Assembly (NCBI GenBank): GCA_049719515.1
Contig: JBNARJ010000003.1
Span: 151,241-215,240, forward strand
Reading direction: 5' to 3'
Source: Candidatus Saccharicenans sp.
Lineage (GTDB): Bacteria > Acidobacteriota > Aminicenantia > Aminicenantales > Saccharicenantaceae
DNA: 64,000 bases
The translations under genes and the position numbers were made by a program. Below the pieces are notes generated by a model. The model did not search any database and was not told where the DNA came from. It worked only from the letters and a program-made list of their open reading frames with translations. Positions 11,274-20,207 of the stretch are shown one piece after another; position 1 is the first letter of the stretch; each line of letters opens with the position of its first letter.

Positions 11274-11614
11274 GCTGGAAGCTCCGGGTGAGAGACAAAT
11301 TTTCTGCGGCTCATTACCTGAGGGAATACCAGGGGAAATGCGAAAAATTGCACGGTCATACCTTTCAGGTCGAGGTGGAAATTACCGTGCGGGAGCTCGA
11401 TCGAACCGGGCTGGGAATCGACTTTACTGAAATAAAAAAAAGGCTGGCTCAAATCCTGCCCGACCACGCTCTGCTCAACGAGGTCTACGAGTTTAATCCC
11501 TCGGCGGAAAACCTGGCCCGAGAAATTTTCTGCCAGATGAAAAAATATTATCCGGTAACAGCCGTCACCGTCTGGGAATCCGAAGATGCCGCCGCTACCT
11601 ACACTGAAGATTAG
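11270..11614 (+). CDS. queD: 6-carboxy-5,6,7,8-tetrahydropterin synthase
   Basis: MSWKLRVRDKFSAAHYL...HGHTFQVEV, the PTPS fold with its Zn ligand set. Start is ATG 11270 (RBS AGGAGGGG), overlapping the queC stop in an ATGA arrangement. Confidence 0.9.
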   Translation: MSWKLRVRDKFSAAHYLREYQGKCEKLHGHTFQVEVEITVRELDRTGLGIDFTEIKKRLAQILPDHALLNEVYEFNPSAENLAREIFCQMKKYYPVTAVTVWESEDAAATYTED

Positions 11615-12215
11615 CGAAATATTTTTTTCGGCCGAAGGAGAAGGCCTTCGGCAGGGGGAGCCGACCATCTTCGTCCGGCTGAGCGGCTGTAATTTAAGGT
11701 GTTCTTTTTGCGATACAAAATATGCCTGGGCGGAAGGCCGGTCCATGACCGCCGGCCAAATTCTTAGTAAAATAGTAGGGATTAGGCACAAGCTTCCCGT
11801 GAGCTGGGTTTCCCTGACCGGGGGTGAACCGCTGCTGCAGGACATAGGACCGCTCGTGCGGATGCTCAGGAAATCAGGTTTCAGGGTGCAGGTGGAGACC
11901 AACGGCACCAAACCTCTGAATTTCAGAGTGGACTGGCTGACGGTCTCGCCCAAACCGCCGGCCTACAAAGTTTTCGCCGGCTTAAGGGTCAAAGCCAGAG
12001 AAGTCAAGCTGGTCGTCAGCCGTGAGCTTGACCTGCCCACCCTTAAAAAAATAAGGAAGATGTTCAGCCCGAAAACACCTCTTATTTTACAGCCGCAATC
12101 GGCCGCCGGCTGGAGCTACCGTAAGGCCTGGAAACTTTATCTGCAGGCCATAAAAGCCGGGGTTGAGAATATCCGCCTTTCCTGCCAGCTTCACAGAGTT
12201 TATGGTTTAAAGTAA
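11586..12215 (+). CDS. queE: 7-carboxy-7-deazaguanine synthase (radical SAM)
   Basis: IFFSAEGEGLRQGEPTIFVRLSGCNLRCSFCDTKYAW, the characteristic QueE CxxxCxxC variant. Confidence 0.88.
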   Translation: MPPLPTLKISEIFFSAEGEGLRQGEPTIFVRLSGCNLRCSFCDTKYAWAEGRSMTAGQILSKIVGIRHKLPVSWVSLTGGEPLLQDIGPLVRMLRKSGFRVQVETNGTKPLNFRVDWLTVSPKPPAYKVFAGLRVKAREVKLVVSRELDLPTLKKIRKMFSPKTPLILQPQSAAGWSYRKAWKLYLQAIKAGVENIRLSCQLHRVYGLK

Positions 12216-12489
12216 GCACGCGAAACGTCTCTGCCTGATCCGGCCAATTAGGCTTAATTTAAATTCGGTTATGAGTTAAATCAAGAAATGTTTTTACATC
12301 AGTAAATTTTGTTTTTTTAACTCGGCGCTTTTAAGGGTTGGAAGCGATCAGCCGAACAAATTTCAGAATCTAAGATTAAATTTTTAAAAATCGCAATGCT
12401 TCATTGAGCATACTTCACATTATTTTTCATTAAAAACACCCAAGATGTGGCTCGACCCATTATCTCAAGCCGGCCCGATAAAATTCCTG

Positions 12490-13704
12490 TCAGTAAAGCC
12501 GCTTCTGCTTTTTGAAAATATTACTTTTTTGGGTTATCCAAAAACCGGTTATGGCTGAGAAGATTACTTTATTTTTTACGGAAAAATAAGAAAAAATTTT
12601 CCGCAAGTCGAGAACTGCCTGCACGAAATATAAACAGGCCGGCGGCAAACAGATTTTTAAGATTTCAGACAAAAAACAGCCTTGTTTCCCGGGTCTGCTG
12701 ATGGCAGATTTTTTTTGGAAAAGTTGATGGCCGTTGCGGGTTAGATAAACGCCGAAGAAAATGGTCAGCGCGCCGAGCACCTGAAGCAAGGTAATTTTTT
12801 CTCCGAGAAAAAGGCAGGCTGAAAGCACGCCGAACACCGGGGTCAGGTTACTGTAGACGCCGGTCCTCGCTCCGCCAACTTTCTCTACCGACTTGTACCA
12901 AATCACAAAACCAAAAACCAGCGCCAAGGAAGCCGAATAAAGGAGCCCGGCCCACCCACCCGGAGTAACTTTTGAGAAGTCAGCTCGACTGAATTCCTTC
13001 CAGGCAAAAGGAAGGTAAAAAATGGTGCCGATGATGTTGGTCAGCCCGGCCAATTTAAGTGCCGACACGGTTTTAAGCACTGGCCTGGCAAAAATCGTAT
13101 AGAAAGCCCACATCAGGCCGGCCAGGAGAATCAGAAAAACTCCGCTGACCTCTGCTCCCTTAAGGTTAAACCCGTTGGGACGCCCCAGGATTATTCCGTA
13201 AAACCCAACCACCGACAGCAGAATGCCCAGCCAGCCAGTCCAGCGCAGGCGGTCAAAACCAAAAAGCGTGCTCAGCACGGCGATAAAAATTGGCGTCATG
13301 GCATTGCCCATGGATACCAGGGAAGCAGAGGTCCTGCTCAGGCCGGTGATGAAAAAAACCTGATAAAAAGTAATTCCGGTAAGTGCCAAAAAGATGACCC
13401 GCGGCCAGTCCTTCTGGCTGACTGAAAAACCTTCGCCGCTTTTCCAGATGAGAACTGAATAGAGCACAGCCGACACCAGGAACCGGCCGAGGTTAAAAGC
13501 ATGAGGCGGCATCTGGGAAAAAGACGTCTTGATAACCGTGACATTTGCTCCCCATACCATGGTGGTCAGCACCATCAGCAAGTCGGTCAGACCAAAAGCC
13601 GGAGGCTTATCGAGTGTGGCTGTATTGTTGTCGGTTATTTTCGAAAAATTAGCCACGGGCGAGAGATTTACTTCAGTATTTTTGTTTAAATTTTCTGAAC
13701 TCAT
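12490..13704 (-). CDS. EamA/DMT-family transporter
   Basis: Ten predicted TM helices with duplicated EamA-like halves. Confidence 0.8.
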   Translation of the reverse strand: MSSENLNKNTEVNLSPVANFSKITDNNTATLDKPPAFGLTDLLMVLTTMVWGANVTVIKTSFSQMPPHAFNLGRFLVSAVLYSVLIWKSGEGFSVSQKDWPRVIFLALTGITFYQVFFITGLSRTSASLVSMGNAMTPIFIAVLSTLFGFDRLRWTGWLGILLSVVGFYGIILGRPNGFNLKGAEVSGVFLILLAGLMWAFYTIFARPVLKTVSALKLAGLTNIIGTIFYLPFAWKEFSRADFSKVTPGGWAGLLYSASLALVFGFVIWYKSVEKVGGARTGVYSNLTPVFGVLSACLFLGEKITLLQVLGALTIFFGVYLTRNGHQLFQKKSAISRPGKQGCFLSEILKICLPPACLYFVQAVLDLRKIFSYFSVKNKVIFSAITGFWITQKSNIFKKQKRLY

Positions 13705-13910
13705 GGCCTGTTTGGTTATTTGTCTTGCGATTTAATACTTCCCTTTATTCAGGATAAACGCCGGACTTTCAAAATCTCCTGCCCACACATCCTGTTTCCA
13801 GGATAATCGCGGTCTTCCGGAAAACAGCGGGTTCTCCTGCAACCGCTTTTTCCGGTATAAATCTTCCTCCCGCATTTTTACGTTTTTTGGGCGGCAAGGA
13901 TGGGTTTACC

Positions 13911-14321
13911 TTATTCTCCGCGCGGGTAATGGGCTTCCACCGTAGATTTCAAACCGCCGCGCGGGGTGAATTCACCCCTGACGATGGCCTTTTTAGGCCG
14001 GCAGGCCCTTACGACATCTTCCAGGATGCGGTTGACCGCGTTTTCATAAAATATTCCCAGGTTACGGTAAGCCAGAATGTACATCTTGAGCGATTTAAGC
14101 TCGATGACCTTTTTATCGGGCACATACCAGATGGTTATTTTCCCGTAATCGGGCAGTCCGGTCTTCGGGCAAACTGAAGTGTATTCCGGAATTTCAACGG
14201 TAATTTCGTAATCAGGAAACTGATTGGGGAACGTCTGGATTTCTGGCAGCCTGGCTTTAAGGCCGGCCCGCGCCTCTTTCTCAGTATATTCTGGCCTGGT
14301 GGTCGATTTACTTTTCGCCAT
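13911..14321 (-). CDS. queF: NADPH-dependent 7-cyano-7-deazaguanine reductase (type I QueF)
   Basis: EYTSVCPKTGLPDY and ELKSLKMYI, the QueF Cys-nucleophile and E(S/L)K(S/L)hK(L/M)(Y/F) motifs. The start is moved from GTG 14342 to ATG 14321, which is preceded by AAGGUGAGAAGGAAA. Confidence 0.88.
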   Translation of the reverse strand: MAKSKSTTRPEYTEKEARAGLKARLPEIQTFPNQFPDYEITVEIPEYTSVCPKTGLPDYGKITIWYVPDKKVIELKSLKMYILAYRNLGIFYENAVNRILEDVVRACRPKKAIVRGEFTPRGGLKSTVEAHYPRGE

Positions 14322-14619
14322 TTTCCTTCTCACCTTTATCACAAGTAAATTTAATGATAGCTCAAAACACCGGACTCAGCAACCGGCCCGCTCGAGCACT
14401 TTCTCACCGGCCAGGACTTCTTGATTTTCACCCAGCTCCTCAGCCGCCTTTGTCTGCCCGCAGATTAAACCTTCTGCCGGCCAGACATATTTATTTTTAC
14501 GAGAGCAAAAAACGAAAACTGGCCACGAGGCCAGAAGACGCTCAGGGCAGGCGCAGTTATTTGAATTAAGATTAGCATGTTATTAGAATTTTAATGGTAG
14601 AAAAATGCGGGGGCGCTAA

Positions 14620-16401
14620 ATGAACTGGCTCAGGCTCTTTCCGCCCGAGAGTGAATCTGGTGGCGAGGCCTCGGCACCAGACGAACCCGGCCCGCTGACA
14701 AAAATTGACTGGCCCGGCTTCAACCGAGCCATTTTGTGGTCGGCTTTCTTCCATCTCATCATTTTTGTTCTTTTTTCTTTTACCACCGTCATCCGGCTGC
14801 CTTCTGCCCCGCCATCACCCTTAGCCTCAATTGAAAAAAGTGGGGCAAACGACCTGGAGCTTTTTTCTACGGCTCTTCAAGAGCTTACCAGGGATAAAGA
14901 CTGGCAGGAAAAACTTTCCCGTGTCCTTCCCACCCTGGAAGACAACAGGCTTCCAGAGCTACCGGAGCAATTCCGACTGCTCGAAGACAAAATTCCCGAC
15001 CGGGAGAAAGTTGAAATTTTTAAAAAGCTGCTTGAAGTCTATCTTACAGCTTCAACCTCAAATGAACCGGGCAGTGCTTCCGCGCCAACCGGCGCCAGCT
15101 CTTTCTTGTCTGGAGAAAACAATTTTCAGGTCAAATCCGGCGAGCGGGTGTTTCTCCGGCCTTCGGCCAGTCAGAAAGGTCAGGTTGAACTCTATGTTCT
15201 GGAAGCAAAAGCCAGCCATGAACTGGAAGCTCTTCAAAAAGCCGACAGCCTGCGTTCGGCCCCTGCTTTGATTGGGCCCGGGCAGAGCGTTAGGTTAAAC
15301 TTATCCGGTCATTACGCTGAAGTCCCGGCCGAATATTACTACCGACGTTCTCCGTTTGAAGAAATCCTGGCCCGCGGCTCTTACCTTTTTTCCATTGTAC
15401 GGGGCTTTCCGAAAGTTTCATCCGGAAAGGCCTCCGAAGAAGAAATAAAAAAGCCCCCGCTTCCACAAATATTTCCCCAGGGTGAATTTCAGGTTATTTA
15501 TTATGGTCAAGTTGAAATTCCCCTTGCCCGAACTGAAACTTGCCCAAAAGATGACAGGCCACCTCTGGACCTCAAACCAGAAGAATGGAACAAAAAGCTT
15601 GACGCTCTGATGGTTGACCCGGAAGAAATTCAGTTTGCCCGGTTTGAAAAAGATTATCTCCAGAAATACAGCTGGCAGGACGCGCGGCTGGCTCAATTCA
15701 CCAGGAATTTCATCAACTCCAACCTGAACGGAGTTTTCCTTGTTGAAGATGAATTCACCTCGGCTTTTGACAGCCTGGAAGAACTTTTCTACAAAAAAAC
15801 TATTTTTGAGAGAATGGCCGCTCTGGTAGAAAAACAGCCGCCTTCACCGGTCAGGGACGAGTTAATGTTTTGCCTGGCTTCCTCGCTCGACTTAGAGAGA
15901 AGGGTCATAACCCACTTAGAAAAGGCTTACCCTCAGGCCAGTGAAATATGCCTCAGAAAATATCCTCTGCCCCACGTTCATTATTCGCTTTCAAAAGCCT
16001 ATGTGCTCAAGAAGATGTATGAAGAATTGCTGGCTGAAATCAAAAGGTTGGGTTTTTATTCCTGGGACGAAGTTGAGAAAAAATATTTAGAAAAAGAACT
16101 GGCCATTTATCAGGTTCTGGCAGAAAGAGGCGGTCAAACCCGCGCCAGAGCCCTTTATGCCATTGGCCTTACTTACTGGGAAGAAGGCCAGGCCGACCAG
16201 GCCATCAAAACCTGGCAGCAGATTGAAGAAAAGGGCTGCCCGGATTATGTTTCCAGCCTGCTAAAAGTAATCAGAGAAGCGCCCTCGGCGACCATTTACA
16301 CTTACATCGACAACGAATTAAACTACCAAACCGCCAAAAACACAAAATATCTTTACCGCCGACAGCAGCAATTTCATAAATGGGCCAGACGCCGTTTCTG
16401 A
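14620..16401 (+). CDS. Hypothetical membrane-anchored protein
   Basis: 593 aa with one N-terminal TM helix (FFHLIIFVLFSFTTVI), a Pro/Ser-rich linker, and a C-terminal TPR-like helical segment. Confidence 0.6.
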   Translation: MNWLRLFPPESESGGEASAPDEPGPLTKIDWPGFNRAILWSAFFHLIIFVLFSFTTVIRLPSAPPSPLASIEKSGANDLELFSTALQELTRDKDWQEKLSRVLPTLEDNRLPELPEQFRLLEDKIPDREKVEIFKKLLEVYLTASTSNEPGSASAPTGASSFLSGENNFQVKSGERVFLRPSASQKGQVELYVLEAKASHELEALQKADSLRSAPALIGPGQSVRLNLSGHYAEVPAEYYYRRSPFEEILARGSYLFSIVRGFPKVSSGKASEEEIKKPPLPQIFPQGEFQVIYYGQVEIPLARTETCPKDDRPPLDLKPEEWNKKLDALMVDPEEIQFARFEKDYLQKYSWQDARLAQFTRNFINSNLNGVFLVEDEFTSAFDSLEELFYKKTIFERMAALVEKQPPSPVRDELMFCLASSLDLERRVITHLEKAYPQASEICLRKYPLPHVHYSLSKAYVLKKMYEELLAEIKRLGFYSWDEVEKKYLEKELAIYQVLAERGGQTRARALYAIGLTYWEEGQADQAIKTWQQIEEKGCPDYVSSLLKVIREAPSATIYTYIDNELNYQTAKNTKYLYRRQQQFHKWARRRF

Positions 16402-16491
16402 CTCGCCGCCAAAGCTACCGGGCTGTCTTGTCATCGGATAAATTTCCGTTAAAATAAGGGCGTTCCAATCCAACGCGGAGGAGGATGTTTC

Positions 16492-16695
16492 ATGTCGGAA
16501 TGCCGTGTGGAGAAAAATTTAAAGCGATGTAACTGTTCCTGGGAGCCCTGCCCGCGCAAGGGAGTTTGCTGCGAATGCCTGGCTTATCACTGGAACCATG
16601 GCGAACTTCCCGCCTGTTTGTTTCCGGATGATGTTGAAAAAACTTATGACCGCTCGCTGAAAAGATTCATCGAAACATACAAGAATAAAAAGTAG
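16492..16695 (+). CDS. Small cysteine-rich protein
   Basis: 67 aa with the pattern C-x-C-x5-C-x6-CC-x-C...C, and a strong GGAGGAGG RBS 7 nt upstream. Confidence 0.6.
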   Translation: MSECRVEKNLKRCNCSWEPCPRKGVCCECLAYHWNHGELPACLFPDDVEKTYDRSLKRFIETYKNKK

Positions 16696-16924
16696 CCGGC
16701 CTTTTTAGCCCCGGGTTACGGTGTCAGGATTTCCCGAGCGAAGTCCATCTTCTTCCCGGTCAGCTTGAGTCAGGAAAAGTTTCAAAGCGGCTCCGGAGTC
16801 CTGGCTCTCGAGTCTGCCGGTCAATTTTTTCATTTCTGACCGGGACATAAAATGAGCCGGTCCGTAGCGGTGGTTTAAGGAAACTCCGGGCTGCCTCCTT
16901 CAAGAAACCTGCGTTCCCTCTTAA

Positions 16925-17353
16925 TCACGAGGTATGGTCGTGAATGATGCGCCAGCCTTCCGGAAATTTCTTTAAAATCAGAGTGAAAACCCCGCCTTTC
17001 TTCTCAGCCTTCACCTCGACTGACCAGCGACCCAGCGCGAGGGCGTGGCCGTTTCCCAGCATCTTGATTTCCAGGTCAGTAAAATCAAGCCGGCCCATGT
17101 TACCCTGGCCATAACTTTTGGAGTACCTCTCATAGAGGGTTTCCCAGCCTTTAACCCGGCGGTCCCCGGACTGGAAGGTCAGCTCATCAGAGTGCCAGTA
17201 ATAGGCCATGTACCCCTTCAGGTCTCCCTGATTCCAGGCCTCTTTCTGTTTTTCCAGCACGCTCAGGATTTCATCTTCCGGGCGGGTCTGGGGCACGGCC
17301 CGAGACCAGAATAAAAAGGTCAGGCAAAAAACGGTCATAAAAATTTTTTTCAT
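16925..17353 (-). CDS. Secreted NTF2-like (DUF4440/SnoaL-like) protein
   Basis: Signal peptide (MKKIFMTVFCLTFLFWSRAVP) and an NTF2-like core (YYWHSDELTFQSGD...WRIIHDH). The start is moved to ATG 17353, which has a GGAG RBS. Confidence 0.65.
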   Translation of the reverse strand: MKKIFMTVFCLTFLFWSRAVPQTRPEDEILSVLEKQKEAWNQGDLKGYMAYYWHSDELTFQSGDRRVKGWETLYERYSKSYGQGNMGRLDFTDLEIKMLGNGHALALGRWSVEVKAEKKGGVFTLILKKFPEGWRIIHDHTS

Positions 17354-17570
17354 CGTGTTACTCCGGCCAGGTTTGATTAACACAGACAGTTTACTTTTTC
17401 TCCGGGATTTTATAAAGTCGAAACCAGGAATTTTTAAGCGAGAACATATTCTGGTATACTGAAATTTCAGCCGGAGATTCCTGATAGATTTGCTGGCCAG
17501 CTCGCCAGCCGATTTGGTCAGGATAAGCTATTGGAATTATTCAGGATGGTCTGCTAAAAATGGAGAAAAA

Positions 17571-18506
17571 ATGACCAAAAAGAAATATCCCCATCTTTAC
17601 GGACCCGTGCCCAGCCGCCGGCTGGGTTACTCACTGGGGGTGGATTTGCTGCCTTTTAAAACCTGCACTCTGAACTGTGTTTACTGTCAGCTGGGTAAAA
17701 CACCGAAAACCACCATCCGCCGCCGGAAATTCTTTTCTGAAGAGCAGATTCTGCAAGAAATCGAAGATTTTCTGAAAAGCGGGGTCCGTGTTGATTTTAT
17801 TACCTTTTCCGGCTCTGGCGAACCGACTTTAAACCTTTCCATCGGGAGCCTGATCCGGAAAATAAAAAAAATAACCGGGAAGCCGGTGGCCGTACTAACC
17901 AACAGTACCCTGCTGACGCGCCGGGCCGTGCGCCGGGACCTGGAAGAAGCCGACGTGGTTGTCCCCTCGCTGGATGCGGCTGACCAGAAAACTTTTGAAA
18001 AAGTCAACCGCCCTCATCCCTCGCTGAAAGCTTCTGAAATCATTAAAGGTTTGGTCAGCTTCCGCCGGCAGTTTAAGGGTCAAATCTGGCTGGAAATTCT
18101 TTTGGTGCGAGGTCTCAACGATTCGCCGGCTCACCTGGAAAAATTAAAAAAGGCCGCAGACCGGATTAACCCGGACCGCATCCATCTCAACACGGTGGTC
18201 AGGCCACCGGCCGAAAAAACGGCCAGTCCGCTATCGGCTGATGAGCTTGAAAAAATCAAAGAATTTTTTGGGCCGAAGGCTGAAGTAATTGCCCGCTTTC
18301 ACCAGAAGGAACAGGAAAATGCTCCCGCAGACCTGGAACAGGCCATCCTGTCCATGGTAAGACGCCGCCCGGTCAGCCTCGATGACCTGGAACGGGCCGT
18401 CGGCCGCCCGAAACACGATTTGAGCCTTATCCTTCAGCAACTCACAGAGTCAAAAAAAATAAAAAAAGTGGAACATAACGGAATTGTTTTCTATGAGCCG
18501 GCCTGA
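17571..18506 (+). CDS. Radical SAM protein of an uncharacterised subfamily
   Basis: GPVPSRRLGYSLGVDL...CTLNCVYCQLG (CxxxCxxC) and a C-terminal winged-helix-like tail. The start is moved from TTG 17490 to ATG 17571, which has a GGAG RBS. Confidence 0.8.
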   Translation: MTKKKYPHLYGPVPSRRLGYSLGVDLLPFKTCTLNCVYCQLGKTPKTTIRRRKFFSEEQILQEIEDFLKSGVRVDFITFSGSGEPTLNLSIGSLIRKIKKITGKPVAVLTNSTLLTRRAVRRDLEEADVVVPSLDAADQKTFEKVNRPHPSLKASEIIKGLVSFRRQFKGQIWLEILLVRGLNDSPAHLEKLKKAADRINPDRIHLNTVVRPPAEKTASPLSADELEKIKEFFGPKAEVIARFHQKEQENAPADLEQAILSMVRRRPVSLDDLERAVGRPKHDLSLILQQLTESKKIKKVEHNGIVFYEPA

Positions 18507-18670
18507 ACATTTTTTGCTTGGAATTTTTTATTCTTTATGATATTTATATATCTAATTGTTCAGGGACTGACCGGTGCTAACAGAATACAGCGAATCCAAG
18601 GTCGAACCATTCTTTAATCCCGTTCAGGGGGCTTTTTTATAAAAAATCATTCGGAAAAAGGAGTATTTTT

Positions 18671-19636
18671 ATGTTTTTGAACACGCACTTTTCCAAGGCC
18701 AAAAAATACTGGTACATGGGGAAACTGTATGACTGGTCTGAGGGAATATTCCATCCGATGATGCATGCTCTCCACTACGGTACCTGCACCTTTGAAGGCA
18801 TCAGGGCCTACCCTACCGACAGGGGACCGGCCATTTTCCGGCTCAAAGAACATGTAGACCGGCTGTTCCATTCAGCTTCTGTCATCAAGATGAACGTGCC
18901 CTTCACCAAAGAAGAGGTTATGGAAGCCTGCAAGCTGGTGATAAGAGAGAACCAGCTGGAGAGCGCCTACATCCGTCCGCTGATGTTTTATTCCTACGGC
19001 AATCTCGGGCTGGTGCCCAAATTCTCTCCGGTCGAATTAATCATCGGAGCCTGGGAATGGGGCGCTTACCTGGGTGAAGCGGCTGAACGTGGCAGCAAGG
19101 CCTGCATCGTCCCGAAACGCCGCATACACAATTCCCAGCTTGACCTGTCAGCCAAGCTGGGCGGGGTTTATGTCCAGTCAACCATTAACGGCATAGCCGC
19201 CCGCGAGCACGGTTACGATGAGGCCATTTTCCTCAATTTAGAAGGACGCATCGCCGAAGGACCTGGAGAAAATATCTGCATAATCAAGGACGGCATCCTC
19301 AAGACGAATGACCGGACCGAATCAGTCCTTGAAGGAATAACCAGAACCACCCTGCTGGAAATCGCCCCGGAAATCGGGTTGAAACCGCAGATTGGCCCGA
19401 TTACCAAAGAGGAATTTTTCCAGGCAGACGAAGCCTTCTTCTGCGGCACGGCGGCTGAAGTTTCCCCCATCGTCATGGTTACTGACTTTTCTGAGGGATT
19501 TGACAGAGGAGTAGATTACAAGATTGGCGACGGCAAACCCGGGCCTCACACCAGCAAATTGAGGGAAATTTACCTGGACATTGTCAGGGGTAAACACCCA
19601 AAGTACGAGAAGTGGCTTTATTATGTGAACCGCTGA
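18671..19636 (+). CDS. ilvE: Branched-chain amino acid aminotransferase (class IV PLP)
   Basis: GTCTFEGIRAY...; class IV aminotransferase fold; AAGGAG RBS 7 nt upstream. Confidence 0.9.
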   Translation: MFLNTHFSKAKKYWYMGKLYDWSEGIFHPMMHALHYGTCTFEGIRAYPTDRGPAIFRLKEHVDRLFHSASVIKMNVPFTKEEVMEACKLVIRENQLESAYIRPLMFYSYGNLGLVPKFSPVELIIGAWEWGAYLGEAAERGSKACIVPKRRIHNSQLDLSAKLGGVYVQSTINGIAAREHGYDEAIFLNLEGRIAEGPGENICIIKDGILKTNDRTESVLEGITRTTLLEIAPEIGLKPQIGPITKEEFFQADEAFFCGTAAEVSPIVMVTDFSEGFDRGVDYKIGDGKPGPHTSKLREIYLDIVRGKHPKYEKWLYYVNR

Positions 19637-20015
19637 AGCCTTGGAAGAGAAACCTGCTTCGAATTCAGCATTTTTATAAGCGGGTGTCGTTTCCTTTTGT
19701 GGAAGCAGCCATAAAATTATGGCAAAAAAAAGCAGGTTATTTTAACCCTCCGACCTCAGATGAAGTTTATGTTCCAAGTAGAGACGGCTGTCCAATTTTC
19801 TATGTATCAAGCCAATCACGCCTGATTAAAATCTTTTTAAATAACCAATTTATTAATTAAACTTTTTGAAGCAACTTCAGACCCGGAGCCATGCTGCTCT
19901 CATCCTGCCGATGAAAAAGCCAGATGCCCTTTCAGGTGAAAATCAAACCGGGAAAAAAGCGATGGCTGAATATGCCCTGTGCTCAACATACTTATAATCT
20001 GGTAAAACAATTTTC

Positions 20016-20049
20016 GCTCTGCCTCCATTTCAGACAGAGCTGTTTTTTT
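20016..20049 (+). terminator. Possible intrinsic terminator about 400 nt downstream of ilvE
   Basis: GCUCUG-13 nt loop-CAGAGC followed by UGUUUUUUU. The loop is long, so confidence is low. Confidence 0.3.
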
Positions 20050-20207
20050 ATTTTTTCAGACCTCTATAAATTTGCCAATTTTAAAACTTTAGTAATAATC
20101 TGCTTGTGCTGCTGAGCACCATTCATAGAAGGTTTTTTAAAAAAAAGTTATAATTCAACCGGCAGATAAATATGATAAGCATCAAGCTTTCTTGCAAGGG
20201 GTAAAAC

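Noticed and set aside
11150-11953. 267 aa minus-strand ORF antisense to queD/queE
   Set aside because: Shadow ORF opposite two strongly conserved, motif-bearing genes. It is Ser/Pro/Arg-rich, as expected from the complement of GC-rich coding sequence.
18507-18670. Possible T-box or leader element upstream of ilvE
   Set aside because: The region has a weak hairpin followed by a U-run (cccguucagggggcuuuuuu), but no T-box consensus or specifier-loop architecture could be recognised.
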